This document shows, piece by piece, positions 48,311-60,011 of a stretch of DNA of 64,000 nucleotides. The stretch covers positions 1-64,000 of the forward strand of contig CAXXKT010000001.1 of NCBI GenBank assembly GCA_963662405.2. Reading direction: 5' to 3'. Origin of the DNA: Syntrophales bacterium. Its GTDB lineage: Bacteria > Desulfobacterota > Syntrophia > Syntrophales > UBA2210. The first letter of the stretch is position 1, and every line of letters begins with the position of its first letter. The notes under the pieces were generated by a model. The model made no database searches, was not told where the DNA came from, and worked only from the letters and a program-made list of their open reading frames with translations. A program made the position numbers and the translations under genes.

Positions 48311-49093
48311 ATGTCTTATCACTACGTACTATTAGAGAAGGAAAGTGGAATCGGGGTGCTTTCCATAAACCGCCCTGAAGCACTCAATGCCTTGGACATC
48401 AACGTCATGAAAGACCTGAAACGGGCAATCGGTGATATCGCCGAAGACGATGAGATCCAGGTCCTGATTATCACCGGGGTTGGGGATAAGGCCTTCGTAG
48501 CCGGGGCGGATATCAAGTTCATGCAGAAGCTCACTTCCCTCGAGGGGCGGGCATGGGGGATGCTGGGACAACAGATTTTCAGGGCGATTGAAACACTGGA
48601 GAAACCCGTCATCGCAGCGATAAATGGATTCTGCCTCGGAGGGGGGTGCGAGCTTGCCATGGCTGCCGATATCAGGATCGCCTCGGAGAAGGCACGATTC
48701 GGGCAACCCGAGGTGGGGCTGGGTATCATCCCGGGACACGGCGGAACACAACGACTGCCAAGACTGGTAGGAGAAGGGAGGGCCATGGAGATCTGCCTGA
48801 CGGGAGAGATGATTGATGCCCAAGAGGCCTATCGTATTGGCCTCGTCAACCACGTCTACCCACCCGAAGAACTGATGGAAGCGGCAACGGTAACGGCCCG
48901 ACGCATCATGAAGAACGCCCCTGTCGCCGTCCGGCATGCCAAGGTCGCCATCAACAGAGGTATGCAGGTCGACATCGATACGGCCATGACCATCGAGGCC
49001 GATCTCTTCGGCATCTGTTTTTCCACCCTGGATCAAAAAGAGGGAATGGATGCCTTTATCACCAAGAGAAAGGCCGCATTTCAGGGGGAATAG
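48311..49093 (+). CDS. crt: Crotonase (short-chain enoyl-CoA hydratase)
   Basis: NRPEALNAL, FVAGADI, GGGCELA, GQPEVGLGIIPG.GGTQRL. Confidence 0.9.
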   Translation: MSYHYVLLEKESGIGVLSINRPEALNALDINVMKDLKRAIGDIAEDDEIQVLIITGVGDKAFVAGADIKFMQKLTSLEGRAWGMLGQQIFRAIETLEKPVIAAINGFCLGGGCELAMAADIRIASEKARFGQPEVGLGIIPGHGGTQRLPRLVGEGRAMEICLTGEMIDAQEAYRIGLVNHVYPPEELMEAATVTARRIMKNAPVAVRHAKVAINRGMQVDIDTAMTIEADLFGICFSTLDQKEGMDAFITKRKAAFQGE

Positions 49094-49203
49094 GAACAGG
49101 GTGCCGGAAAAGACGGGCAAGATCTCGCGCCCCGAACAGGGCACCGAAGCACCACCGGTACGTGTGGGAGGATCGGACAAAATACTTTCGTGGAGGATAT
49201 TCA

Positions 49204-50499
49204 ATGAATTGGGAGAAGATATATCAACAACGCGTCGTCACTGCCGAAGAGGCGGTTTCTCATATCAAATCGGGCGATCGGGTCGTCGTGGAACATGCCG
49301 CCGGAACCCCCGAATTATTGTTGAAAACAATGGTCGATCACAAAGAGGCATACCGGGATGTCGAGATAGCCCACCAGATTGCCATGGGGCATTCGCTCTA
49401 CTGCCTGCCGGAATGTCAGCCTCACTTTACGCACAACTCCCTCTTCGCCGGGGCGACATCCCGCGAGGCGATCAAGGAGGGACGGGCCTTTTTTACCGCC
49501 GTGCACAACAGTGATCTTCCGCGGCTGTTCCTGGAAAATATCCTGCCCGTGGACGTGGCCCTCTGCATGGTCTCTTCGCCCGACGAGCATGGGTACTGCT
49601 CCTTCGGTGTTTCCATCGACTATACCAAGGCGGCCGCCGAGAGTGCAAAGCTCGTGATCGCGGAGGTCACGCCGAATATGCCCCGGACCCTGGGGGATGG
49701 ATTCATCCACGTATCAAAGATCGATTACATCGTGGAATGCGACACGGCGCCCTTGATCCTCGAACCCCCGACGATCACCTCCATCGACGAGGCCATTGGC
49801 GGGTACTGTGCCGAGTTGATACGAGATGGGGATTGCCTCCAGCTTGGTATCGGTGCGGTTCCTGATTCCGTCCTCGGATTTTTGGAAGAGAAGAAGGACC
49901 TGGGGATACATACCGAGATGTTCTCAGACGGTGTCGTTGATCTGGTGGAAAAGGGAATCATCACCTGTTCCCGAAAAAACCGCCACCGGGGGAAAATGGT
50001 GGCCTCCTTCTTTATGGGAACTGAAAAGCTGTATCAGTTTATCAATAACAATCCCACGGTCGAAGCCCTCCCCTTTGATTACACGAATGCCCCCGAGATC
50101 ATCGCGAAGAACGACAACATGGTCTCGGTCAACTCGGCGCTACAGGTCGATTTTACCGGGCAGGTTGCATCGGACACGATCGGCTACCGGCAATACAGCG
50201 GCATCGGAGGCCAGGCCGATTTTGTACGCGGGGCCACTCATTCACGGAACGGTCGCTCCATCCTGGCATTCCATTCCACCGCGGCAGGAGGCACGGTATC
50301 CCGGATCGTATCCCACCTGGACGAAGGTTCCTGCGTCTGCACAAGCAGGGCCGATGTTCACTACATCGTGACGGAGTATGGCATTGCCGATATGCGGGGG
50401 AAGACGGTGCACCAGCGGGCAAAGGCGCTTATTTCCATTGCCCACCCCGACTTCCGAGATGAACTGAGAAAAGAATTTGCGGGTATATACAAGGGCTAG
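49204..50499 (+). CDS. 4-hydroxybutyrate CoA-transferase (acetyl-CoA hydrolase/transferase family)
   Basis: LQLGIG, IHTEM, YSGIGGQADF, VTEYG, IAHPDFR. Confidence 0.85.
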   Translation: MNWEKIYQQRVVTAEEAVSHIKSGDRVVVEHAAGTPELLLKTMVDHKEAYRDVEIAHQIAMGHSLYCLPECQPHFTHNSLFAGATSREAIKEGRAFFTAVHNSDLPRLFLENILPVDVALCMVSSPDEHGYCSFGVSIDYTKAAAESAKLVIAEVTPNMPRTLGDGFIHVSKIDYIVECDTAPLILEPPTITSIDEAIGGYCAELIRDGDCLQLGIGAVPDSVLGFLEEKKDLGIHTEMFSDGVVDLVEKGIITCSRKNRHRGKMVASFFMGTEKLYQFINNNPTVEALPFDYTNAPEIIAKNDNMVSVNSALQVDFTGQVASDTIGYRQYSGIGGQADFVRGATHSRNGRSILAFHSTAAGGTVSRIVSHLDEGSCVCTSRADVHYIVTEYGIADMRGKTVHQRAKALISIAHPDFRDELRKEFAGIYKG

Positions 50500-50534
50500 A
50501 AAATACTCGATTTGAAACAAGGAATACCGCGCAG

Positions 50535-51683
50535 ATGAAACAGATGTTCAGTACGACACCACGGATTATCATGGGGCTCGGGTCGATCAGCGATACCGGG
50601 GATGAGATCAAGCGACTCGGGATCGAAAAGGTCCTTATCGTCACGGGGACGAGCGCCACCGCCGGCAGGGCAAAATCTCTCGAGGCCTCCCTCAGGAAAG
50701 CGGATGTGAAATTCGCCTTCTTCGACGGGGTGGAACCTGAGCCCCGCTACGAGACGGTAGCCGACTGTGTCGATATGATCGCGCAAGAACGGGCACAGCT
50801 CATTATCGGCATGGGGGGAGGCAGTCCCATGGACCTGTGCAAGGTCGCGGCCGTGATGACCACCAACCCCGGACCGGTGATGGATTACGTAGGGGTCGAT
50901 CTGATCCCCAACCCGGGATTGCCGACCTTCCTGGTCCCGACAACCGCCGGGACAGGGAGCGAAGTAACACCGATCGCCATCCTCTCAGACGAAGGGGAAA
51001 AACTGAAGATGGGAATCGTCAGCCCCTATCTCTATCCATCCGTTGCAATCCTGGACCCCGAACTCACCATCGGACTCCCCCCCCCTGTCACAGCCGCCTC
51101 CGGCATAGACGCCCTGATTCATGCCGTTGAGGCCAGGACCTCGATCAACGCGAGCGGGATAACGGATCTATACGGTGACCGAGCCATACGCTTGATCATC
51201 GATAATCTGAGAGATGCCTACGCGAACGGGGGCGACATACAGGCACGCTCTGCGATGATGGAGGGGGCCCTCCTGGCGGGGATGGCCTTTGCCAATGCGG
51301 GGGTAACGGCGGTCCATGCATTTGCATTCCCGATCGGGGCCGGTTTCCACATCCCCCATGGTATTGCCAATGCCCTCATGTTTCCCCATGTCATTCGCTT
51401 CAATATGGTGGGGAATCTGTCGATATTTGCATCCTTAGCGGCGCCGCTCGGTATTCCCCGAGAAGGACTCGGTGACCGCCAGGTAGTCGAGCGGGTCATT
51501 GCCGCGATCGATCACTTGGCGGAAGATCTTCACATCCCGCGCCACCTGGCGGATTTTGGCGTCACGGAAAAGGATATTCCCTCTTTGGCCCACGGGGTCA
51601 TGAAGGTGACGAGGCTGCTGGCCAATAATCGAAGACCGGTGTCCTACGAAGATGCACAGATGATCTATACCGCCGCCCTCTAA
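50535..51683 (+). CDS. Iron-containing alcohol dehydrogenase (possibly 4-hydroxybutyrate dehydrogenase)
   Basis: GGGSPMD, PTTAGTGSE, DALIHAVE, VHA, PHG; substrate inferred from context. Confidence 0.85.
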   Translation: MKQMFSTTPRIIMGLGSISDTGDEIKRLGIEKVLIVTGTSATAGRAKSLEASLRKADVKFAFFDGVEPEPRYETVADCVDMIAQERAQLIIGMGGGSPMDLCKVAAVMTTNPGPVMDYVGVDLIPNPGLPTFLVPTTAGTGSEVTPIAILSDEGEKLKMGIVSPYLYPSVAILDPELTIGLPPPVTAASGIDALIHAVEARTSINASGITDLYGDRAIRLIIDNLRDAYANGGDIQARSAMMEGALLAGMAFANAGVTAVHAFAFPIGAGFHIPHGIANALMFPHVIRFNMVGNLSIFASLAAPLGIPREGLGDRQVVERVIAAIDHLAEDLHIPRHLADFGVTEKDIPSLAHGVMKVTRLLANNRRPVSYEDAQMIYTAAL

Positions 51684-51735
51684 TACTCCTCCCCCTATGG
51701 CCGGGCGCTATGCGCCCGGCCATAATAATCCACGG

Positions 51736-53190
51736 TTACTTACCTTGCTCGACACCGCTGAGCTTCTTGGCAACCTTCTTCTTCTCCTCCAGATTCACCT
51801 GCCGTGAGATCATGATCCGCTGCGCCTGCGGCGAACCCGCACCGTGCATCGACTCGGTCAGATACCCCACCGCAGCCGTCCCCAGCGTGATGTTCTCGAT
51901 CAGACGCAGCATCCGCATCCGGTCTTCCGTGGAGACGGCCGTGCTGGCCCGGTAGTATTTCTCAATCCATTTCCCGATCTCGGGGGATCGGAAGTCTTCT
52001 TCCGAGGGAAGGGTCACCATCAGACCGCCCGCAATGTCCTGCGCCAGACGCGCGATCTCGTAGGGAAACCGCGTCACGTTCTGCTTGCACACGTTCGCCA
52101 GGAGGGTGTTGACGTAGTACGTCCCGCTCGGCTCCTTGTGCCCTTCGGACGCACAGGCAATCGATCCACAGAAGAGGGTCTCATTGAGATGGTTCATCTC
52201 GATGATCTTGTCCTTCACGTGGGAGGCCTTCTGGGCACCGTTGTACTCGGCGATACACTGGGTCGCGCCGATGAGGACATCGCCCACACCCGCCTTGCAG
52301 GCGTAGCTCTGACGATGGTAGGAGGCGAACTGCTCCACCAGCTGGCCGGCGAATTCCCATTCCTTGTACATGAAGACCCGCTCCCAGGGGACGAAGACAT
52401 CATCGAAGACGACCAGGGCCTCATGGCCGCCGTAGAGCTGGTTCCCCCGGTCCATGGTACCCGCTTCCAGTTTCCGCGTGTCGCACGACTGACGCCCCAT
52501 GATGTAGGTGATCCCCTCGGCATCGGCGGGGAGCGCAAAGGAGATGGCATAGTCCTTGTCCTCCTCGCGCATGCTGATGGTCGGCATGATGATGATCTCG
52601 TGGGAGTTGACCGCACCGGTCTGGTGGCACTTCGCACCCCGCACCACGATCCCGTCTTTCTTCTCTTCCACCACGTGCATGAACATGTCCGGATCGTCCT
52701 GCTGGTGCGGGGCCTTGCCCCGGTCTCCCTTCGGATCGGTCATGGCGCCGTCGCAGGTCAGGTCGCCCTCCTGGACGTATTCCATGTATTTCAGGAAACG
52801 CTTGTTGTACTCGGTCCCGTGCTTCTGATCGATATCGTAGGTGGTCATGGACAGGGCGTTCATCGCGTCCATCCCCACGCACCGCTGAAAACAGCAGCCC
52901 GTCAGGGAGCCCAACAGCCGCCCCATCTTGGACTTCTTCACCAGGTCTTCCGTGCTCTGGTGGATATGCGTGAACCGGTTGACCTTCTTCCCCGTAATAT
53001 GAGAGGTCGCCGTCATCAGGTCCTCGTACTCCGGATAGTGGGCAAATTCATACGTCGCCGCCACCGCGTTCATCGACGGACGGATGATCGGATTGTCCAC
53101 CACGTTCTCCACCTTCTTCCCGAACATCCACACATTAAAATGCAACTTCCTCAAACTCTCCTCGTACTGCTTCGCGTTCATCATTGACAT
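51736..53190 (-). CDS. abfD: 4-hydroxybutyryl-CoA dehydratase
   Basis: CFQRCVG, AMTDPKGDR, YHRQSYACK, ESMHGAGSPQAQ. Confidence 0.9.
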   Translation of the reverse strand: MSMMNAKQYEESLRKLHFNVWMFGKKVENVVDNPIIRPSMNAVAATYEFAHYPEYEDLMTATSHITGKKVNRFTHIHQSTEDLVKKSKMGRLLGSLTGCCFQRCVGMDAMNALSMTTYDIDQKHGTEYNKRFLKYMEYVQEGDLTCDGAMTDPKGDRGKAPHQQDDPDMFMHVVEEKKDGIVVRGAKCHQTGAVNSHEIIIMPTISMREEDKDYAISFALPADAEGITYIMGRQSCDTRKLEAGTMDRGNQLYGGHEALVVFDDVFVPWERVFMYKEWEFAGQLVEQFASYHRQSYACKAGVGDVLIGATQCIAEYNGAQKASHVKDKIIEMNHLNETLFCGSIACASEGHKEPSGTYYVNTLLANVCKQNVTRFPYEIARLAQDIAGGLMVTLPSEEDFRSPEIGKWIEKYYRASTAVSTEDRMRMLRLIENITLGTAAVGYLTESMHGAGSPQAQRIMISRQVNLEEKKKVAKKLSGVEQGK

Positions 53191-53302
53191 AGCTTTTCTC
53201 CTGTTTCTGTATTCTGCCACGACGCCCAAGTCCCCTCGAGCAGGCAGGGCAACTGCACTGCAATCAGGAGGATACGCATCCGCATCCTCCGAGAGAGAGA
53301 CC

Positions 53303-53318
53303 TACAATTTCCGTGCCA
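53303..53318 (-). promoter_or_regulatory. Probable sigma54 promoter for abfD
   Basis: TGGCAC-GGAAA-TTGTA (imperfect -12). Confidence 0.5.
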
Positions 53319-53402
53319 TAACCCCCATGTCCCCCGAGACAAAGCCGGGCCGCGGGATCGCGGCCTGAGACAATCGATCCCCGTACGATCCAACCCGTTT
53401 CG

Positions 53403-55151
53403 TTATGACGGATCGCATCGCTTCAGCTTACGGGTAATGGTGGAATGATCGAGGCCTAATGCAGCCGCGGCCTTACGCGCGCTGCCATGTACCTTGATCG
53501 CATTTTGGATGATAGCCGTCTCTATCCGCTCGATATGCTCCTTTAAGGTAACCCCGGGTTCGATGTCCGTCAACTTCATGGCATTTGCCTGGATCTCATC
53601 GGGGATATCCTGCGGGATAATTCGGTCATGGAGGGAAACTACCACCAGACTCTCGATAACATTGGCGATTTCCCGAACATTCCCCGGCCAGGAATACGAA
53701 AGCAATGCCTTCATGGCCTTATTGTCTATAACCCGCTTCTTGTTATATTTTTCGTTGAAATAATTGACGAAGAAGGTGATCAGATAGGGGATATCGTCTT
53801 TCCTCTCCCGCAGGGGAGGTATCTCTATGGAGACCACATTCAAGCGATAGTACAGATCCGCCCTGAATCGATTCTCGGCAACCATCTCCTTCAGATCCCG
53901 ATTGGTAGCACAAATGATCCTCACATCAACCTTTTTTGAACCCGTACCACCGACTCGCGTAATCTCGAGATCCTGCAACACCCTGAGGAGTTTCGGCTGG
54001 AGGGACGGCGGCATGGACTCCACTTCATCCAGGAAAATGGTCCCGCCGTCTGCAACCTCAAACATCCCCATTTTCCCCTCTTTTCTCGCTCCGGTAAAGG
54101 CACCCCGCTCATAACCGAACAGCTCGCTCTCCAGGAGGGTCTCCGGTATGGCACCGCAGTTGATCTTGACGAACAGACCCTTTTTAAACCGCAGAGACAT
54201 CTTATGGACCTCTTCCGCCAAACGGTCTTTTCCGACCCCCGTTTCCCCCGAAAAGAGAACGGTCGCATCGGTTTTACTGACTCGATTGACCAAGTCACAG
54301 ATATTCTGCATCGACTTGGATACGGCAATGAAGTCCTTCCCGAACGAAAAGGACTGCTGAATGGTTTTGAGCTTCTCCTTGTATGCGAGGGCCATCTCCA
54401 ATGAATCCTCCAACTGCTGCTGCAATTGTATCAACTGGGTCATATCACGATCGTTGGTCACCACCATGATGATGTTTCCCTCTTCATTGAAGACGGGGTT
54501 TCCCGTCACCAGCAATTCCTTTCCGGACCACAGTTTTTGCTTGAGTGTCTGTCTCTCTCCCGTCTCCAGGACCCTGAGGGTAACACTCTCGTTAAAATAG
54601 CCCTCCTTGACAAGGTCTCGCATATTATGCCCGACGACATCACTCCGGTTAATACCGGTCATCTCCTCATACGCCGAATTCACCATGAGCGTATTCGCCT
54701 CGCCGTCGGTGATATATATCCCGTCATACGATGACTCGATCACAGCCTCAACCGGTTTGAGGAGGTTTTTGTCTCGGGTGATGTCTTCGCTATCCATGGC
54801 GGTGTCATATAAAACGAAGATACCGACGATCTCTTTGCCCCATCGTATCGGCACCCGATCACATATGACAGCAACCCGCTTGATCTTCGTATATATGCGC
54901 GTCTGGGTCTTCCCCGTCCGCAGGGCATCCAGGATCTGCCCGGAGGATTCCTTGTCGAGCCGAGAGCAATGAAGGCGCTCGGGCGCACCCTCCCGTTTCA
55001 GATGGAAAAAGGAGCGGGCCATGCCGTTCGCGTAGATCAGATAGCCTTCTCTATCAAAGACGGTGACCGCCAGAGGGAAATCATACCACCCCTTCCTGAT
55101 CATATCCTCATTGGTGGGGAAACCATGTCCCGGTGGTTGATTTTCTTTCAT
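53403..55151 (-). CDS. PAS-domain sigma54-dependent transcriptional activator
   Basis: GETGVGK, GAFTGA, FLDE, WPGNVRE, C-terminal HTH. Confidence 0.92.
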   Translation of the reverse strand: MKENQPPGHGFPTNEDMIRKGWYDFPLAVTVFDREGYLIYANGMARSFFHLKREGAPERLHCSRLDKESSGQILDALRTGKTQTRIYTKIKRVAVICDRVPIRWGKEIVGIFVLYDTAMDSEDITRDKNLLKPVEAVIESSYDGIYITDGEANTLMVNSAYEEMTGINRSDVVGHNMRDLVKEGYFNESVTLRVLETGERQTLKQKLWSGKELLVTGNPVFNEEGNIIMVVTNDRDMTQLIQLQQQLEDSLEMALAYKEKLKTIQQSFSFGKDFIAVSKSMQNICDLVNRVSKTDATVLFSGETGVGKDRLAEEVHKMSLRFKKGLFVKINCGAIPETLLESELFGYERGAFTGARKEGKMGMFEVADGGTIFLDEVESMPPSLQPKLLRVLQDLEITRVGGTGSKKVDVRIICATNRDLKEMVAENRFRADLYYRLNVVSIEIPPLRERKDDIPYLITFFVNYFNEKYNKKRVIDNKAMKALLSYSWPGNVREIANVIESLVVVSLHDRIIPQDIPDEIQANAMKLTDIEPGVTLKEHIERIETAIIQNAIKVHGSARKAAAALGLDHSTITRKLKRCDPS

Positions 55152-55206
55152 CGTGCCTCTCGTCGTGCTCATTTTTGCCCAGCCGACACACAAGAATGCG
55201 CGTCGT

Positions 55207-56277
55207 TCACCGTGCCGTGGGCTCGTAGATACAGAGCGGTTCCTCGGCCAGCCAGTCACCGGTGGCCTCGAACGCGCGGGCACGGCATCCCCCACACACC
55301 TTGAGAAACTGGCACCGGCCGCACTTTCCCTTATACTTGCTCAGGTCTCTGAGATCATTAAATATTTTAGAGTTATTCCAGATCTCCTCGAAACCCATTT
55401 CCGTGATCCGGCCGCAGTCGATCTCGAGAAACCCGCAGGGCTGAACCTGTCCGGTATGGGAGATGAAGCAGAATGAGCTCCCCCCCATGCACCCCCGGGT
55501 CATCGAGTGAAAGGGCTTCTCACCGTCCTGCGGTTTGAGCTTCCTTTCCTTGTTCCCCTGATGGAAGATCCGGTAGTACTGGGGGGCACAGGTGGCCTTG
55601 AGTTGAATGGGCGAGGTGAATCCCTGTTCGTAGAACCAGCCGAGCGCCTCTTCGTAATCTCCCGCCGAGATCTCCTGTTCGGCCATCTCCCGGCCGCGCC
55701 CCGTCGGCACCAAGAGGAAGATATGGTGCCCCGCCGCCCCCACCCTGATCGCGAGATCATAGATCTCCTCCATACGATCCAGGTTGAACCGGGTGATGGT
55801 GGTATTGATCTGGAATTCCATCCCCGCCCGCCTGAAGGCGTCTATCCCCGCCATCGCCCCTTCGAAGGCACCGGGAACCCCGCGGAAGGCATCGTGGCTG
55901 GCGGCATCGGGACCGTCGAGACTGATGCTGATCCGCTGCACCCCGGCATCGATCGTCCTGCGGGCGATCTCATCGGTAACGAGGGTGCCGTTGGTCGCGA
56001 GGACCATGCGAAGACCCTTCTCTGTCCCGTAGGACGCGATCTCAAAGATATCCTCGCGAAAATAGGGTTCCCCCCCGGTCAGGATAATCACCGGTGAGCT
56101 GAAGGCGGCGATGTCATCGATCAGTTTCTTACACTGAGCGGTATCGAGCTCTCCCTCATAGGGGCCGTATCTTGAGGAAGCACGGCAGTGGACACAGGAG
56201 AGGTTGCATCCCCGGGTCACCTCCCAGGCGATCATACGGAGCGTGTGGGGAAGGATGAGCGATTCGCGAGAAACCAT
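55207..56277 (-). CDS. ahbD: Heme b synthase, radical SAM/SPASM
   Basis: AWEVTRGCNLSCVHCRA, KATCAPQY, SPASM cysteines; heme operon context. Confidence 0.85.
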   Translation of the reverse strand: MVSRESLILPHTLRMIAWEVTRGCNLSCVHCRASSRYGPYEGELDTAQCKKLIDDIAAFSSPVIILTGGEPYFREDIFEIASYGTEKGLRMVLATNGTLVTDEIARRTIDAGVQRISISLDGPDAASHDAFRGVPGAFEGAMAGIDAFRRAGMEFQINTTITRFNLDRMEEIYDLAIRVGAAGHHIFLLVPTGRGREMAEQEISAGDYEEALGWFYEQGFTSPIQLKATCAPQYYRIFHQGNKERKLKPQDGEKPFHSMTRGCMGGSSFCFISHTGQVQPCGFLEIDCGRITEMGFEEIWNNSKIFNDLRDLSKYKGKCGRCQFLKVCGGCRARAFEATGDWLAEEPLCIYEPTAR

Positions 56278-56280
56278 GGT

Positions 56281-57270
56281 CTATTCCGTCGAAGCGGCCG
56301 AACGCAGCAACTCGGCCGCCTCCTGTGCGAAGTAGGTAATGATGATGTCCGCCCCGGCCCGCTTGATCGAGAGCAGGGATTCCATCATGGCCCTCTTCCC
56401 GTCGAGCCACCCCCGTTCATCAGCCGCCTTGATCATGGCAAACTCACCGCTCACGTTGTAGGCGGCCACGGGGAGTTCAAACTCATCTTTCGCCAGCCGG
56501 ATAATATCGAGATAGGGAAGCGCCGGTTTCACCATGATGATGTCGGCCCCCTCCTCGACGTCGAGGGCGATCTCCCGGAGCGCCTCCCGGCTGTTGGGGG
56601 GATCCATCTGATAGGAGGTCCGGTCGCCGAACTGCGGGGCGCCCTCCGCGGCCTCCCGGAAAGGACCGTAAAAGGAGGAGGCATATTTGGCCGCATAGGC
56701 CATAATGGGGATATCACTGAAGCCGTCTTCATCGAGGGCGTCGCGGATCGCCAGGACCTGCCCGTCCATCATCGCCGAGGGCGCCACCAGGTCCGCCCCG
56801 GCCTGGGCGTGTGACCGGGCCGTCCGCGCGAGGAGTTCCAGCGTGGCATCGTTATCCACCGTCTCGCCGTCGAGGGCCCCGCAGTGCCCGTGGCTTGTGT
56901 ATTCACAAAGACACACATCCGTGATGACCAGGACACCCGGGACTTCCTCCTTGACCCGCCGGACCGCCTGCTGGATAATCCCGTCTTCGACCCAGGCACC
57001 GGAGCCCTCCGCGTCCTTCGTCTCGGGGATCCCGAAGAGGAGGATCGCGGGAATCCCCAGCCCCCTCACCCTCTTCGTCTCCTCTATAAGACCGTCGACA
57101 GACAGTTGGTAGTTTCCCGGCATGGAGGGAATGGGGTTCTTTACCCCGCTCCCGTGGGTCACAAAGAGGGGGAAAACCAGGTCGTCTACCGACAGTCGGG
57201 TCTCTCGGATCATCCTCCGGAGATTTTCATTTTTTCTCAGCCGCCTCGGGCGGTAATCAGGAAAGTTCAT
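56281..57270 (-). CDS. hemB: Porphobilinogen synthase
   Basis: [24 protein letters not shown]. Confidence 0.95.
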   Translation of the reverse strand: MNFPDYRPRRLRKNENLRRMIRETRLSVDDLVFPLFVTHGSGVKNPIPSMPGNYQLSVDGLIEETKRVRGLGIPAILLFGIPETKDAEGSGAWVEDGIIQQAVRRVKEEVPGVLVITDVCLCEYTSHGHCGALDGETVDNDATLELLARTARSHAQAGADLVAPSAMMDGQVLAIRDALDEDGFSDIPIMAYAAKYASSFYGPFREAAEGAPQFGDRTSYQMDPPNSREALREIALDVEEGADIIMVKPALPYLDIIRLAKDEFELPVAAYNVSGEFAMIKAADERGWLDGKRAMMESLLSIKRAGADIIITYFAQEAAELLRSAASTE

Positions 57271-58454
57271 ACGGCACCTCGTATTTCTTCATTAGTCAGG
57301 TAACAGGCCGGATCGGGAGCCCAGAGGTCCCCCGTCGCCGCCTCGGCGCGGGCGCGAAAGTTTCCCCCGCACACATCGAGCCACCGGCAGGTCGCGCAGC
57401 GACCCGTTACGTAGGTCTTTTTATCTTTCAGTTGTGCCATCAGCTCGTTGGAGGTGTCCGTCCATATCTCGCTGAAGGGACGGTTCTTCACATTGCCGAA
57501 GGAGATCTCCCGCCAGAACTGATCCGCATATACCTCGCCGTCCCAGCTGACACACCCGATCCCGCGTCCGGAGTTGTTTCCCTCGTTCATCTCGAGGAGT
57601 CTCAGGACCTCGGCCGCCCGCTGGGGGTCCTCCCGGAGGAGGCGCAGATAGAGGTAGGGGCCGTCGGCGTGGTTGTCCACGGTCAGGACCTCCGTCGGCA
57701 TCCCCCGGTCGAAGAGGGCACGCGTCCGGTCCATGATCAGATCGACCACCTCCCGCGTTTCGTTATGCGGCAGGTCCTTGTCCATCAGGGCCGAGCCCCG
57801 CCCCGAATAGACGAGGTGGTAGAAACAGACCCGGGGGATCTGTTCCTTCTCGATAAAATCGAATACCGCGGGGATCTCACCGCTGTTCTCCGCCGTGATC
57901 GCGAAACGGACCCCCACCTTGATCCCCACGTCCTGGCAGCTTCTGATTCCCCGAGTGGCGGCCTCGAAGGCCCCTTTTACCCCGCGGAACCGGTCGTGGA
58001 TCTCTCCGATCCCGTCCAGGCTGATCCCGACATAGGAAAGACCGAAACCGGCAAGGGTGGCGGCCGTTTTTGCGGTAATGAGGGTTCCATTGGTCGAGAT
58101 GACCGCCCGCATCCCCTGTCCCACGGCGAAGTCGATCAGCTCGGGCAGGTCTTTTCTCATCAGGGGTTCGCCCCCGGAAAAGAGGACCACGGGTGAACCG
58201 AAGGAGGCGAGATCCGCCAGCAAGGTCTTCCCTTCCGCGGTGCTCAACTCATCTTTATAGTGCCTGTTCTGGGAGTTCGAATAGCAATGGACACACTTCA
58301 GGTTGCACCGCCTCGTGGCATTCCACACCACCACCGGTCGCTTGTCCCGGGAGAACTGGAGGAGGTGCGAGGGGAGCCGGTCCGACTGTGCCCCGTATCG
58401 GAGGACATCGGAGGGTTCTACCGCCCCGCAGTACAGTTTCGAGATTCCTATCAT
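57267..58454 (-). CDS. ahbC: Fe-coproporphyrin synthase, radical SAM (NirJ1-like)
   Basis: [28 protein letters not shown]. Confidence 0.88.
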   Translation of the reverse strand: MIGISKLYCGAVEPSDVLRYGAQSDRLPSHLLQFSRDKRPVVVWNATRRCNLKCVHCYSNSQNRHYKDELSTAEGKTLLADLASFGSPVVLFSGGEPLMRKDLPELIDFAVGQGMRAVISTNGTLITAKTAATLAGFGLSYVGISLDGIGEIHDRFRGVKGAFEAATRGIRSCQDVGIKVGVRFAITAENSGEIPAVFDFIEKEQIPRVCFYHLVYSGRGSALMDKDLPHNETREVVDLIMDRTRALFDRGMPTEVLTVDNHADGPYLYLRLLREDPQRAAEVLRLLEMNEGNNSGRGIGCVSWDGEVYADQFWREISFGNVKNRPFSEIWTDTSNELMAQLKDKKTYVTGRCATCRWLDVCGGNFRARAEAATGDLWAPDPACYLTNEEIRGAV

Positions 58455-59995
58455 TGTCTTTGTTTCCCCTTCGCTAATTCGTTCTCGATCCCCTCGACCA
58501 GACCGGGGATCGAATAGGGCCCCTGCATGATATCCACGTGCAGGCCGACTTCCACGCAGGCACGCTCGGTGACGGGGCCGATACAGGCAACCCTGACATG
58601 ACCGGGGATCGCCTCCCGGCCACCGACGATATCGATAAAGTTATGCACGGTGGAAGGACTGGTAAAGGTCAGGGCATCCACCGCTCCCTTCGCCATCAGT
58701 TCACGGATCTCGCTGCCGTCTCCGCCCGGGGATACGGTCCGGTAGGCAACGGCGACGTCCACCCGGGCGCCCTTCGCCGAGAGTCCCGCGGGGATAACGT
58801 CCCCGGCGATTTCGGCGCGCGGCAGGAGGACCCTCTTGCCTCCCATATCCATCTCTCCGAACGCCGCGACGACCCCTTCTGAGAGATACTCGTCGGGGAC
58901 GAGGTCAACGGGGATATGGTATCCTTCCACGCAGGCCTGCGTGGCCGGTCCGATGGTGCCGATCCGGATTCCCCGGAGATCGCGTATGTCGCCCCGTACA
59001 GCCGAAAAACGGTCGAAGAAGGACCGGACCCCGTTCGCGCTGGTGAAGATGATCCAGTGGTACTGTTCGATACGACGGATGGCGCGATCCAGGTCGCCGA
59101 AGTCTTCCGGCGGGGCGATCTCGATCGTCGGAAAGGAGATGACCCGCGCCCCTCTTTCGCGCAAAAGGGTCGCAAACTCTTCCGCCTGCCTCTCCGGCCT
59201 CGTGATGACGATCCCCTTTCCGAAGAGAGGGCGTTTCTCAAACCACGCCAGGCGGTCCCTGAGACCGACGACCTCTCCCACGACACAGATCGCGGGGGGG
59301 GCAAAGCCATGCTCCTCGGCCCGGGCGGCGATATCGGCGAGGGTCCCCGTCAGGGTCTCCTGGTCCGGGGTCGTTCCCCACCTGATCAGGGCGACCGGTG
59401 TGGCAGGGTCCTTCCCTTCGTTCATCAGGGCGTCCGTGATCCGGGGGAGATTCCGCACCCCCATCAGAAACACGAGGGTCCCCACCGTGGATATGCCTTT
59501 CCAGTCGATACTGCTCCCGCCCTTTGTGGGGTCTTCATGCCCCGTCACGAAGGCGACCGTGGAGGTGAGGGCCCGGTGCGTGAGGGGAATTCCGGCATAG
59601 GCGGGCACGGCGATCGCCGATGTGATCCCGGGCACTACCTCGAATGAAACGCCCGCTTCTCTGAGAAAATCGGCCTCTTCCCCTCCCCGTCCGAAGACGA
59701 AAGGATCGCCCCCTTTGAGTCTGGCCACGGTCTGTCCTTTCATGGCCTCTTCCACGAGGACCCGGTTCAGGTCTTCCTGAGTGATACTGTGCCGCCCTCC
59801 GATCTTTCCGACGTAGATGAGGCGCGCAGCCTTCCCCGCCCGCCGCAGGATCTCGGCGCTCACGAGGTAATCGTACACGACCACATCGGCCTTCTCCAGG
59901 CACTCCGCCCCCCGCATGGTCATGAGGCCGGGGTCACCCGGTCCCGCCCCTATGATGTATACCATTCCCGGCTTTCCTATATCCGATTTCGACAT
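58451..59995 (-). CDS. cobA: Uroporphyrinogen-III C-methyltransferase / synthase fusion (CobA-HemD)
   Basis: [23 protein letters not shown]-terminal ITRP, FTSANGV, FTSPST. Confidence 0.92.
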   Translation of the reverse strand: MSKSDIGKPGMVYIIGAGPGDPGLMTMRGAECLEKADVVVYDYLVSAEILRRAGKAARLIYVGKIGGRHSITQEDLNRVLVEEAMKGQTVARLKGGDPFVFGRGGEEADFLREAGVSFEVVPGITSAIAVPAYAGIPLTHRALTSTVAFVTGHEDPTKGGSSIDWKGISTVGTLVFLMGVRNLPRITDALMNEGKDPATPVALIRWGTTPDQETLTGTLADIAARAEEHGFAPPAICVVGEVVGLRDRLAWFEKRPLFGKGIVITRPERQAEEFATLLRERGARVISFPTIEIAPPEDFGDLDRAIRRIEQYHWIIFTSANGVRSFFDRFSAVRGDIRDLRGIRIGTIGPATQACVEGYHIPVDLVPDEYLSEGVVAAFGEMDMGGKRVLLPRAEIAGDVIPAGLSAKGARVDVAVAYRTVSPGGDGSEIRELMAKGAVDALTFTSPSTVHNFIDIVGGREAIPGHVRVACIGPVTERACVEVGLHVDIMQGPYSIPGLVEGIENELAKGKQRQ

Positions 59996-60011
59996 CACGT
60001 CCCCAGTGGTT

